Assembly: GCA_976551045.1 (NCBI GenBank)
Contig: CDPCPM010000011.1
Coordinates: 5,766,001 to 5,830,000, forward strand
DNA length: 64,000 nt
Reading direction: 5' to 3'
From: Glaucostegus cemiculus
Taxonomy: Eukaryota
Each line of letters opens with the position of its first letter. Position 1 is the stretch's first letter. The notes below the pieces were generated by a model. That model searched no databases. It saw only the letters and a program-made list of their open reading frames with translations, and had not been told where the DNA came from. Of this stretch, positions 36,661-48,430 are shown piece by piece. The position numbers and the translations under genes are program-made.

Positions 36661-38269
36661 GCCTTAGAATTACCCACATGCCTCTACTTGGAACCTTTTA
36701 TCACTGAAATACATCATGTTTATCAAGCATGGAAGAAACAACACTTTAAATAATTTAGTGCCAAAGCGAGAGAGATCAGGCCGTGCTCAGAAGGATGAGA
36801 AGAGAAAGTAAGATTCTCTCCCTGGCTGCAATTTTCAGTGCAGCTGCACATTTAACTTCACCTCATTCAGTGAGGGGAGGGGAGGGGGGGGTTGAAATTA
36901 AAGTAAAAAATCCCATTTCTGAGAAATGGATTAAACCATATTAATGCCACTCAAAGGTTATTGAAAATGCTAATGTAATTGCATCGACTAAAGCAGCACA
37001 ATGGTGAGATGCGGGTTGCAAAGATTCAAAAGGTTGTATGTGACCGTTGAACACAGAACAAATCATGCAGTTCACCAAGTTTGTCCTGTTGGTTGCTACA
37101 GCGATTCTTGCTACCTGGAATGTGACTACAGCAAGCTGGTGATATGACATGCAGATGAACAAGAAGAAAACTATTCCACTGACGAGAGGCATTTCATTCA
37201 TTGTTTGCTTTCCAATTTTCCAGAAACAGCAAAATAAACCCAAAAGCCTCTCATAGGTCTTCTTGCGTGCAGTTTGCAGGAGGTGGTGGGGGTTGGGGTG
37301 AGATTGGGGTGGGGGGGGGTGTGTGGTGCAGGGTGTGACTGTTATTGTTCCTTTCCTTATGGGAATGAGCAGTATTTTCTCTGCCAGGAGGGTGATAATT
37401 CACACAAGGGAAAAATAAAAACAATAATTACACGTGTGAATTAGCTCTTGACAGTTGACAGCTGCACATGACTCTCTAGAATAAATTGAAAATTTGTACC
37501 AAAAGGATTGCAAAGATCGTTTCCTGTAACAGAGCAACTGTCTCATTGGAGTCAGTGTGTGCACAGCACTTTTGTCAATTGTGCAAAAAATAACCAACAT
37601 ACTTCATACACGTAAAAGTTCTTGAGTGTCTCACTATCAACGTTTAAACATGCAGATCTTCCATAAGCACAGCAAGATCAATTGTTATCAATTGTAAAAA
37701 GGAGCACAATATTGTGCCAGAATAAAAACATGTTTTTTGGTGCTTGTTTCAAATTTTGAATAATGTAGAAAATATGGATTCCAATCTCCTAGAAACCTGA
37801 CCTCACATTGACTGCTTCATTGCTAAGATTGACTGTGACTGAACAGTTCCAATGGCTTATATGCTTTATAAATTCAATGGCTTGTGGTCTGTTGGGCTCT
37901 TTCTGGACCGAGCCTAGTTTGTTAATCTTAATACTGCTGACATCTAGCTATGCTAGAAAAAAATTCCTTCAGTTTCATTTTGGTCCAATTTTCTTCCCTT
38001 TTTTTGCCCTAAAAGATTAAGTTTCCTGGGTGCCTTTTGTCCTTATTGCATTGGCCAAATGTTTATTCTTCTGGTGTGAGTCTCAAGACAGTGAGCAATG
38101 GGCCATTTGTTGTTAGTGGCAGTGCATTCATGCTGAATGTGCTCTTATGTTTGGGGATTCAATTTTAACCTAAGATCACAAAGTGGGAAACAGTATTGGG
38201 ATCTTTAGGGTTGGGTAAGATGCCAGTTTTATCCTATCTTCTTATTTTCTAATAAAGTTAATATGAAGT

Positions 38270-38660
38270 AACCATGGTATCAGTTGGTTAAGAAGGATGC
38301 CATTTGGCCCTTTGATCATACCACTCCCTTGAAGAGTAATCTGTTCTACTCTTCTGTTTTCCTGTTGCCCCATAAATTTATTTCAAATGCCTTTATAATT
38401 CCCCTTTGTTTGACTGTTTCTATCATACTTGAAGGAAGTTAGCTCTAGACCACCCTCCATTCTCCCTGTACCTCTTACCCATAGCTTTGAACCTGTGTTC
38501 TCAGACCCTTGAAACTGCTGCTAATGGGAACAGACTTTTATTTTATTACTAAACCCATCATAATTTTGAATACCTCCTTCAAGAGGATCAATTTCTCCAC
38601 TCCAAACATGGAAGAAATCCTGCATCCTTGGAAATGTTCCAGGAAATCTCTTCTGCATCA
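38270..38660 (-). mobile_element. Degraded CR1 3' fragment
   Basis: aagaaggatgccatttggccc tail and ctttgaacctgtgttctc, the reverse complement of the GH.FK motif region. Confidence 0.65.
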
Positions 38661-39624
38661 TCTATGGGACGTTCAGACAATTGGACTTGCTGTCAAATCT
38701 GGTGCTCCATCTGATCCTACCTGCTCCCCATGGGTATGTTAGGTTAAACTGAACCTTCATCACCTCAATTTCATTATTCATTGGAGTTTACTAATCTTAG
38801 TCTTTTTTTTAAACTCTGAACCAGTAGTGGTGAGTACCTCAAATCCTTCCAGTTCCAGCAGTGACAGTAATTTGCTGGTGAAAGTGAAGTAGGTGGAAGT
38901 CGTGACACTTTAGAAGTATTACAAGCTCCACAGAGTACTGTGATCATGTGTTAGCTAAAGTGTTAATTGTTGAAAAGTGTCCATATATCTAGACACGAAC
39001 TAGATTAATCAGTGTGTGACGGAAGTTGATTATCATTTCTGATTTATTTGTGTGGATTATATACCATTCATTAAATGTTTTGCCATCTGTGTCCCTTGAA
39101 AGTCAATTTTACAAAATCATTTGTAATTATTTATCTTTTTCCCCATTTTAAGGCTCAGTGAATTGCTCTTATGAAAGATTTGTACTGGCATTTCTTTCCA
39201 TTCAAATAGATTGTAATGCATTCTGAATTCATTGAATATAAAATGTTCTTCGCAGCTTTCCAAATACACACCATATTGAAAGTATTTTTCACTCAATATT
39301 ATGAAGCAGAATTAGGGAATATTTTGCCAGCGTTCAAATAAACCAAAACAGTGTTATTGAATTGCTTTAAAAACAATGGAATAAGCTTTTAAAATGCCAC
39401 AATCACAATAAACTCCAACAGAATTCAGAGACAAACTCCAGCAGATCTACCCTGATGTTTCCAATCATTCTGAAATAAAACTTCTATTTTGACTATGAAC
39501 AACTTTTGCCAGCAGTTGATTCTGTACTTGAATAAACAATGAGGAAACTATCTGCTGGGTAATGTTATTCCTTTCTATTTAAGATGCCCAATACTGGCAC
39601 AGACTGAACCCAGATATATAAAAG

Positions 39625-40160
39625 TAAAATTCTGCAACTGCTGGAAGTCTGAAGTAAAAACAGAAATGCTGGAAATGCACTGTATTTCAGGCAGCATCTG
39701 TGGAGAAAGAAGAGCTGATATTTCAGGCTAATGACCTTTCATCAGAAATGGGAATATAAGGCATAAGAAAGGGGAAGAGAGGAACCAAAGGAAAGATCCA
39801 TGACAAGTTGAAATGCTTTGTCACTTGATTTCTCTTGCCTTTCACCTTGTCGTACACCTCCTTCTCTCTTACCCCTTTTACTGCATCTTAAAAATTGCCT
39901 TATTTCTAACTATGGAGGGAAATGGACGATCAATGTTTCGGGTCAAGACCTTTCATCAGGACTATTTTCTCTCCATAGATGCTGCCTTACCTGCTGAGTT
40001 CCTCCAGCTATTTGTGTGTTGCTTCAGATTTCCAGCAGCCACAATCTCTTGGGTCTCGTCTTTATTTCTAACTATTCCCAGTTCATTGAACTGACACATT
40101 AGAAGTTTCTCTCACCACAGCTGCTGCCTGATCTGAGTATTTCCACCATTTCCATTTTTA
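39625..40160. mobile_element. Nested Penelope-derived elements with hammerhead cores
   Basis: Family motifs aaatgctggaaat...ggcagcatctgtggag. Minus-strand CTGATGAaaggtcttgacccGAAAC at 39935-39959. Confidence 0.75.
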
Positions 40161-43100
40161 ATCCCAGCTACCTCATAGCCAGAGACAAACTATTGTTCTT
40201 AATACTCTTAGCTCATCAGCACAGCTAGTTCAAAGTGTTCATTTTCCAGTTCCCATTTCAGGCTCCCCTGCGATCTACCTGAATGTCAATGATGACTTTC
40301 CATAGTCAGCACTGATCAGCAACGAGGCTTAGATTCTGAACCAGGTCCCAGAGCTCAAACTGCAGAATGCCAATGCGCAACATCGTTGCTGCCTCCTTTC
40401 ACAGTGGTGTCACTTCTGAACTTGGGGCACTGAGGCCAATTGTAGTACTTCACTTCTTGAAGAGATGTTCTGCTGGAAACTGAACCTGAGATCTTCTGAG
40501 AGTGGTTCATTGCTCACTGCATAAACTGAGCACTGGGGGAGCTCACAGACACATTTTACACAGTTTATTTTGACACATGACAAGTTTGAAACTTGCAGGC
40601 AGCATACTGTTCCCCAAGCTGCGGCTGTGATGTAAATGTACATTCTCAGGCCTGTTTGTCTCATTTAAATATTAATCTGACTTCCACATTTTCAGAAAAT
40701 GCAACATGGAACATAAAATAGCAATATGAGGTGATTAGGATCATGGCAACTTTTAGAATTCAGAGTTTTGTTTTGTGAATTGACTCTTACTCTTGCTACA
40801 GTTTCAAAAATAAAATTTGAATTTCCTCTCTTAACCATGTAATTCCCTCTCAGTTCCTCAGAAACGGCTCTGACATGCAGTTTTGCCATCTGCCAAAGGT
40901 TTTCTGACATGGATTCAGGCCACTAATAAACACGGAGCTTCCCTTTCATTTTATCATACATACAACATAATTTCCACAGCGGGGGCGCGAGAGAGAATGT
41001 TACAGACTAAAATCATAAGCGCATCACTCCATTAATCCTCAGTAAAGGCGTATCAGTTAAGATTAATCAATAGTAAAAAAAAGAAAATCACACTGATATC
41101 ACAACTGTCTCTTATTATTCATATGAAATGCAGATAAGAGTAAATTTGAATTGTTCAGTATAAAACAGCTATTCAAAAATAGTGCAGAGAAGCTGAAGTA
41201 ATTAAGTCTATGCAGCAGTGGACCTGTGGAAACTGATTTATGCTGTTTAATAATGCACACAGGCATTCCCTGGCTAATACATGCTGCAGTTTACAAGCAG
41301 CCTCATAAACCATTAACTCGCTGACCAGCCAAGCACACTTCATCATCTCTGGACTGCCTGGCATCCTTTCTCTGAGTCAGTCACTCAACAGGCATGTTCA
41401 CTTGCCTCTTTTTCCTCTGGTAGTAAGCCATTTTATGGAGCTTATAGTTTATAGTCCTTTTGCAGCTTTTGCTTCCGGTCAGCTAAATTTAGTCAGTGAC
41501 AAGGCTGCACTTTAATGCTCTTGTTTTAATGGAGAAGGGTTGTCTCAATTTCAAGTCTCCTGTTCTCTCAATTTTAGTCTATACCTCCATTAATCTCTAC
41601 TCTCTCTCTGTGCCCTATCTGTACACCTCTATTCCAAATGTTCTACCATCTGTCTGCTTTGCCTGTCAACTCTTTTTACACTGAATCCCATTTTCTTAAA
41701 CCATAAAATGTTTCAGTTTTGTAAAATATGGTACTTGCTTGCACTGAAGACAAGAGCACAACATTAACTGTTACTTTGCTTCAAGGTAAATTCTATGCAC
41801 TTTGAACAATACCTTACAAATTAAGACCAGATATGATCATAGGTGTTTAAACCCCTCCTACTGATCAATCAGCAATGCTAACTATTAGTTAAGCATCAAC
41901 TTTGACAGAATTATCATAGTCAATCTTTTCCTCATTCATCATCAGTTTTGTCAGATAATGGGGTCTATTTTATAATTTGGACAGATGAGAGAAGCTATCA
42001 AAAGCACCTTATTAGGAGCTGTTACTAGGCTCTCAAAGGCTGCCATGTGCATCAAGGCCCCCTTTATTCTAAAAACAAGCATATGCTGACTTGAATCTTA
42101 CTTCAGACGCAATATAATGTTTGACTTTTGCAAGGATGCGACTGAAAAATTTTGGGAATCTGAGGGACCATCTGAAAATAACCATATTGGTAGGATTTGT
42201 ACACAATTTTGAGAGGAGCACATAGCAAATCTCTAGTCTACTTTCCTTACAGTGGCTAAGTGGTAAGGAAATACATTACATAACATAAATAGGGAATTAT
42301 GTGCTCAGGTACTAGTGGTATATTCGGTACCAGAAAGCTGCATACTGTATGTAATGGATTTAGTCATCCTCACATTTGGAATTTGGAATATTAATGCATT
42401 TCTTTCAGACATGAATATCCAAGTTTAGCACAGGGTCAAGGGTTCACTTCTTGTTAGAGATGTTCTTTTTTTTCCCCTGACAGCCACCACAAACATGAAA
42501 AAAGGTGTGATGGTTTCTAACAAGAAGATCTGTTCTCTCCTACTGTTGAAGTATGGACTGGATGAATAATAAGCAACTGCCTTCATTTATGCAATAACAG
42601 TTGCAAAGAATGACTGTTTTAGCCAATAATTATGTGCTTTTGAAAGGCTTTCCAATTCTATTTGTGTCAACCAGTTGTTAAACATATTAGGAAAAGTTCA
42701 GATTTAAAAATAAAAATGGTCACAGATTTGGCAATGGTCGTCAAAATTAATGATGTTGTAAAATTCTGCAGCATCAGGACTACCTATTTGAATAATTTAC
42801 TTTTTTAAATTCTTGCATAATTTTCATAAGATGAAGTGAGTCTTTATTAAAAAGTGATTGTCTCATTTAAGAATCCATGTTATCAAGAAATATGGTTCTC
42901 AACCAGGAACAGAACATAGGCAGCAAGACCAAGTTGTTCTTTTAACTACGAGGGCAAGCCTAACAACTGAGGTGCTGAGCTAGTTTGTGAATTTTGTTCT
43001 GTAATTGCGATTAAGAAGGGACTCTTTCGTCTTTAAAGCTTGTAATTAGAACTTTGAATGTGAATTTCATTGCTGCGCCATTAGACAGGAATGTGCCCCT

Positions 43101-43299
43101 CTAAACAAAAATCTACTTTAATATTCCAGTTTCCCTCAATGTAATACAAGAATGATTAACTCATCTAAAGATGCTGAAGCAGTGCGATTCCATAGCAAGT
43201 GCACACTTTTAGAACAGATATGATGCGCGGGATGATTCCCCGAGTGTCAGTCCGACTGTGCTGCTACCCTGTCAGGAGATCTGGTTCATTTTAGTGATC

Positions 43300-44110
43300 A
43301 AAATGGCAGATGGAATTTAATGCAGACACGCATGAAGTGTTGCACTTTAGGAGGACAAACCAGGGTAAGACTTGCACAGTGAATGGTAGGGCTCAGATAT
43401 GTGGTAGAACAAAGGGACCTGGGAATACAGATCCATAATTCCTTGAAAGTGGCATCACAGGTAGATAGGGTTGTAAAGAGAGCTTTTGGTACTTTGGCCT
43501 TCAGAAATCAGGACATTGAGTACAGGAGTCGGGATGTTATGTTGAAATTGTACAAGACATTGGGGAGACTGAATTTAGAGCATTGTGTGCAGTTCCGGTC
43601 ACCTACCTACAGGAAAGATATCAATCTTGAAACAGCGCAGAGAAAATTTACAAGGATGTTGCTGGGACTTGGGGACCTGAGTTATAGGAAAAGGTTGAAT
43701 AGGTTAGGATTTCATTCCCTGGAGCACAAAAGAACAAGGGGAGATCTTATAGAGGTATACAAAATTATGAGGGGTAGAGATAGAGTGAATGCATGCAGGC
43801 TTTTTCCCTTTGGTGTGGGTGAGACTAGAACTAGAGGTCATGGGTTTAGGGTGAAAGGTGAAATATTTAAGAGGAATCGGAGGGGAAACTTCTTCAGTCA
43901 GAGGGTGGTGTAAGTGTGAAACGAGGCGCCAGCGGAAGTGGTAGATGCTGGTTCAATTGTAACATTTAAGAGAAGTTTGGATAGGTGCATGGATGCAATG
44001 GGTTTGGAGGGATATGGTCCAGCCGCAGGCAGATGGGACTAGGCAGAAGGTCAGGTTGGCATGGACTTAGATGAGCCAAATGGCCCGTTTCTGTGCTGTA
44101 TTACACTGTG
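43300..44110 (+). mobile_element. CR1 LINE 3' fragment (176-aa open remnant of ORF2)
   Basis: Encodes EQRDLGIQIHNSLKVASQVDRVVKRAFGTLAF...LYKTLGRLNLEHCVQFRSP...FFSQRVV, followed by the 3' UTR. Confidence 0.95.
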
Positions 44111-46304
44111 ACAAGGCTGTGTTTGCTTTGGGCCTGTAGGTAGGTAGTCAAGTAGTCAAGAACCGCAGGGCATGCCTTCACCTCCAAATGGTTATAAGGT
44201 CAGCCCGTCCTCTTGAATAGAAGGCAAGTTGTTTGGGGACACTACACTGTATGGAGGTGCAAAGATTTAGAAGGCCAGCAGCCCCAGTGACCTCAGTCCC
44301 CTTCCAGTGACTGATACTTGCCAAGGCACAGAAGACATCAAGGTCCATTTGGTTATAAACAGCAATCCAATCCTCGTTGACATCTTATGACTTCAATTTC
44401 CATTTTCAGTAGATCTGCCTAATCCTGGAGGACGTCATGGCAGACTGGTAGCATGCACCACCAAACCTTAGCAAAGAAACAGAGCTGTGGCAACAACAAT
44501 GTATGATATTGTTCACCCTTACAGAGCAATGCCACTTTTCTTGGTAAGATATTATTATTTACCTACTGGGTTATATATATGTCAGTAAAATGGTGTATGT
44601 GCCTGCCACTTGTGTCTCCTGCCCTTGGAGATGCTCTTTTGATTACTTATCTAGCATGTATCCCTTTACAACTGCTTTATAGAAAGGCTAAAGTTGTGTG
44701 AAACTATTTTACTGCAAATCTATGATTTGCATAAAGTGGATAAATAGCTCAAGACACAAGAAATGCAACAGTAATATGAATGAAAAAGAAATACTGAAGA
44801 TGTGAAGAGTATTTTGGAACACTTCATTCCAAAGGAAACTTGCAAGCTCAGGACTCAAAACAGGGATAGTTTAATACAGATCGCAGAATATTTGCATCTA
44901 AACCAAACATTATAACTGAAACAATTGGAAAATTGCCCAGATATTGAAACATTAAATAACAGTTCCCAGAAAATTGATACAAATTAAAAACCTCTGGTGA
45001 CAATGCTGGATTAAGAGACAGATGCAACACCTTTGCTGATATTTTTCCCTGACCAACATTGCTTCATTAGGTAGGGTGTTTGCACAGTTAAAATATAATC
45101 GGATATTCACAGTGATGGCATGAGATTAAGAAGCAGTTATCCGTTCCTCACTATGGTTCTCAAAATAACAGCAGTGAGTCATGTTTCCACAGATAGAATA
45201 ACTGGGATTTCCTAGGTCAATTACGCAGATCTGTCGAACAGCAGATGAGGTTTTCCACAATGATTGTACAGTTGCAGTGGAAGGGCAAGCCATTGGAATT
45301 ACCCCAATTATAGGAGGAGGAGCAGTGGGGTTTACCAAGTGTGAAAACCTTTTGAAAAATAAAATCACCCTTTATAGCATACACTAAATACACAACTTAC
45401 TTATGTATATGCTTCAAGTTCTGCTGATGAAATTCAGCTTACCCATGGAACCAAATTTCAGATGTGGCTCAACATGCATGCATTGTTAATACACTGCATG
45501 TTTGGTGCACACAACAGTTTGACTTTACAGAACATGGAATAATTTGATTTTCCAGGCTAGTTGGATTGACGGAATCCTGCTTACCGAGCTGGAACACAGG
45601 GATTTTCCAGGTGACTATAAGAATCCTTTAGAGCTCAAGTTCCTGGATTTGTTAGGTTCCTATAGTTACCTTTGCCTACAAAAGGAAAGCACTTTCCAGA
45701 TCTCCAGAACTTTGTAGAATTTCTAGAGAGCTGCCAGTTGTATATTTTAAGTGTAAACTAGTTTGACTGAGTAGTTGTACTGAATGAAGAAAAAAGATGC
45801 AGTTGTTTGTGCAATATTGTTAGTTTAGTTGATGAAGCACACAAGATCAAATATTTGAAGGACTTGCAATTGGCACCTTCCATCACCCGAGGATGCCCAA
45901 AATGTTTTACAATTTATTAAATACTTTCCTGAAGGGCACAGTTGCCCTTTGGAATGTTAGGTCTGAACCAAACTGCCAAGCCAGAGTCCTGGTGAAGAAA
46001 TACAATCCCAATTTCTATTATTGGCACTATTAGCAAAAGCAGGCAAATCATGGGAATTTCAGCAGGTTGCCTTCCAGGAAGTCCTGATTTCTGACTTCCT
46101 GAAAATCAGGAAATCACCATGATCCTGATTTAGAAATACATCACTGTTCTTTGTCAGCACTGGGAACTGTCTTTATAAGGACTGTAGCAGCTGACCGCCA
46201 CCTTTGCAAGGAGATTTGGTTTAGGCAGTAAGTTCCTGAACATTGGGAAATGACATGTGTGGTATCTCCTGCAGTTACATGCAAACTAGCTTCATCATAG
46301 GTCG

Positions 46305-46790
46305 CAGAGTCATAGACAGACTGAACACAAAAACAGGCTCTTCAATCCATCAAGTCCACACTGACCATCAACCACCCATTTACACTAATCCTACATTAAT
46401 CCCATGTTTACTCTCCACAGATTCTGCCACTTTACTGTAACCAATTAACCTATCAAACCACACATCTTTAGGTGAAAAAACACGATGATGCTGGAAGAAC
46501 TCAGCAGGCCAGGCAGCATCCGTGGAGAAAAGTAGGCGGTCAGTGTTTTGGGAAAGGAAGAAGGGTCCTGAACCGAGCTGTTGACTGCTTGCTTTTCTCC
46601 ACAGATGCTGCCCAGCTTGCCGAGTTCCTCCAGCATCATCGTGTTTTTCATTTAGATTCCAGCAGCTGCAGTCCTTTGTTTCTCTGGAACATCTTTGGGA
46701 TGTGGAAGGAAACCCATGCATTCACAGGGAGGATGTGCAGACTCCACCATAGGTCAGAATTGAACCTGGGTCACTGGAACTGTGAGACTA
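46305..46790 (-). mobile_element. CR1-tail/HE1-like SINE interrupted by a Penelope-derived hairpin (46473-46685)
   Basis: Minus-strand SINE motifs (ccaattaaccta, ggaaacccatgcattcacagggagg, gaattgaacctgggtc) flank ~70-bp inverted arms at 46473-46542 and 46582-46650. Confidence 0.8.
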
Positions 46791-47094
46791 ATGCCAAGCA
46801 AAAGTATTGAAAATCAAACCCATGTGTTGACTGGCACTTGTCCAGCCTTAAATTTTATGATATCAAATGGGGATCTGGGGTCCCTGATTTTAGGGCTGCT
46901 GTGTGTTTTGAAGATGGATATTCCCCATGGTTTGATTGGGAAATAAATCCTGAAGAATGTTAATACCTCCTGCAACATAAAACAAATACATTTTTATCAT
47001 TAAACGTGCAGTTTTCTCTCTCAGTTACAAAGACCCAGAATTTGCATAGCTGCAAAGCTCATCACCTTGGTTTTGGACCCTTGAGTAAAATCTA

Positions 47095-47220
47095 TATGGA
47101 GTCATACAGCATGAAAACAGGCCTTTTGGCCCAACTCATCAATGCTCCTCTAATCTAATCCCATCTGCCTGCATTTGAAACATGTCCCTCTTAGTCTTTC
47201 CTAGCCATATATCTCCTATA
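47095..47220 (-). mobile_element. CR1 3' tail
   Basis: gagtcatacagcatgaaaacaggccttttggcccaac. Confidence 0.7.
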
Positions 47221-48019
47221 TAGCAAGGAAGACAGGTGAATGAATCATTCTGCATTATTGATGTGTAGATACACTTTAAGCTTACTGGCTTTGTCAATTT
47301 TAATTGCTTATCTATAAAACTGGGGGGCAAGGATTGAATTCAAATATTCCAGTGATTCAGAAACTGAACCAGATCAAGGCTGTGCTCCTCAGTCAGTGCA
47401 GAACTCATTGATCTTAGCCTCATAATTATCAATAAGCAGAGTAAGATGAGAATCTACAATGACTCTTGGGGGTTAATAACCTTAATAAAACCTTCCATTG
47501 AGGGACTGCATCAACATTTCAGCTACACAACAATAATTGCATGTGGGGATAAAAAAACAAGAACCTTGGTTGAATGCAGCTCTTATTGTATTTTACACTC
47601 AGATTGTCCAAAGCCATTGGGTGCATAATCTCTGCTGTGGACTGTGGTTCCACTGGTTTTCTGGAGATAATTGCTGATAAACTGAGACTGTTGCATTTTG
47701 TAAGGCAAGGTCACTAGCTGGATGGATACAGACACAGAGTAATCATGATCTAAATGAGTATTGGAACAGGTTCAGGTAAATGAATGGACTACCCTGTTGC
47801 TAGGAGTCCAACTCAGTTTTTTTTTCACTAAGGCTCAGGCATGTGTGCGACCATTATGGAAACAAGATTGCGGGACAAGGTTGATAACACATCAATTATC
47901 TGGTGTTGAAGTACTACAATCTGCAAACAGAACTCACTCTGCAAGGTGATCAAATGGTGATTAAATTGAGATGTCTTCGTTCCTGAAGGAAACTGATGAG
48001 GTAAACACAGGCAAATTAT

Positions 48020-48430
48020 TCCCATGGATGGGGGAGTTAGTTCAAGGTGACATCACCTTAAAAACAGAACTAAACAATTCACTCAAAGATTGTTAGATGT
48101 GTGAAACTCTCTAACAAAAAACAGCTGATGCTAGCTTAATTAATAACCTCAAAATGCACTCATACATTTTTTTTTTGCTGATCAAGTGTTGAAAAGGTTA
48201 TGGAAACAAATCAAGATGTAGATTAACTGTGACCTGACAAAGGGTCTTCAACCTGGAACATTTGTCCTCTTTCTTTTTCCACAGATACTGCCTAAACTGC
48301 TTAGTGTTTCCAGCATTTTCTATTTTTATTTCAGATTTCCAACATCTGCAGTTTTTTAATTTTCATTAATCATGTGTTATTGAATGGCAAAGCAGTCTCA
48401 AAAGGCACAGGGCCTATTCTTATCCCACTG
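48020..48430 (+). mobile_element. Degraded CR1 3' end with Penelope-derived insert (~48232-48365)
   Basis: ttcccatggatgggggag...attgaatggcaaagcagtctcaaaagg, with insert cagatactgcctaaactgcttagtgtttccagcattttc. Confidence 0.6.

Noticed and set aside
43383-43913. Longest ORF (176 aa) as a host gene
   Set aside because: It is a CR1 ORF2 C-terminal remnant followed by the LINE 3' UTR.
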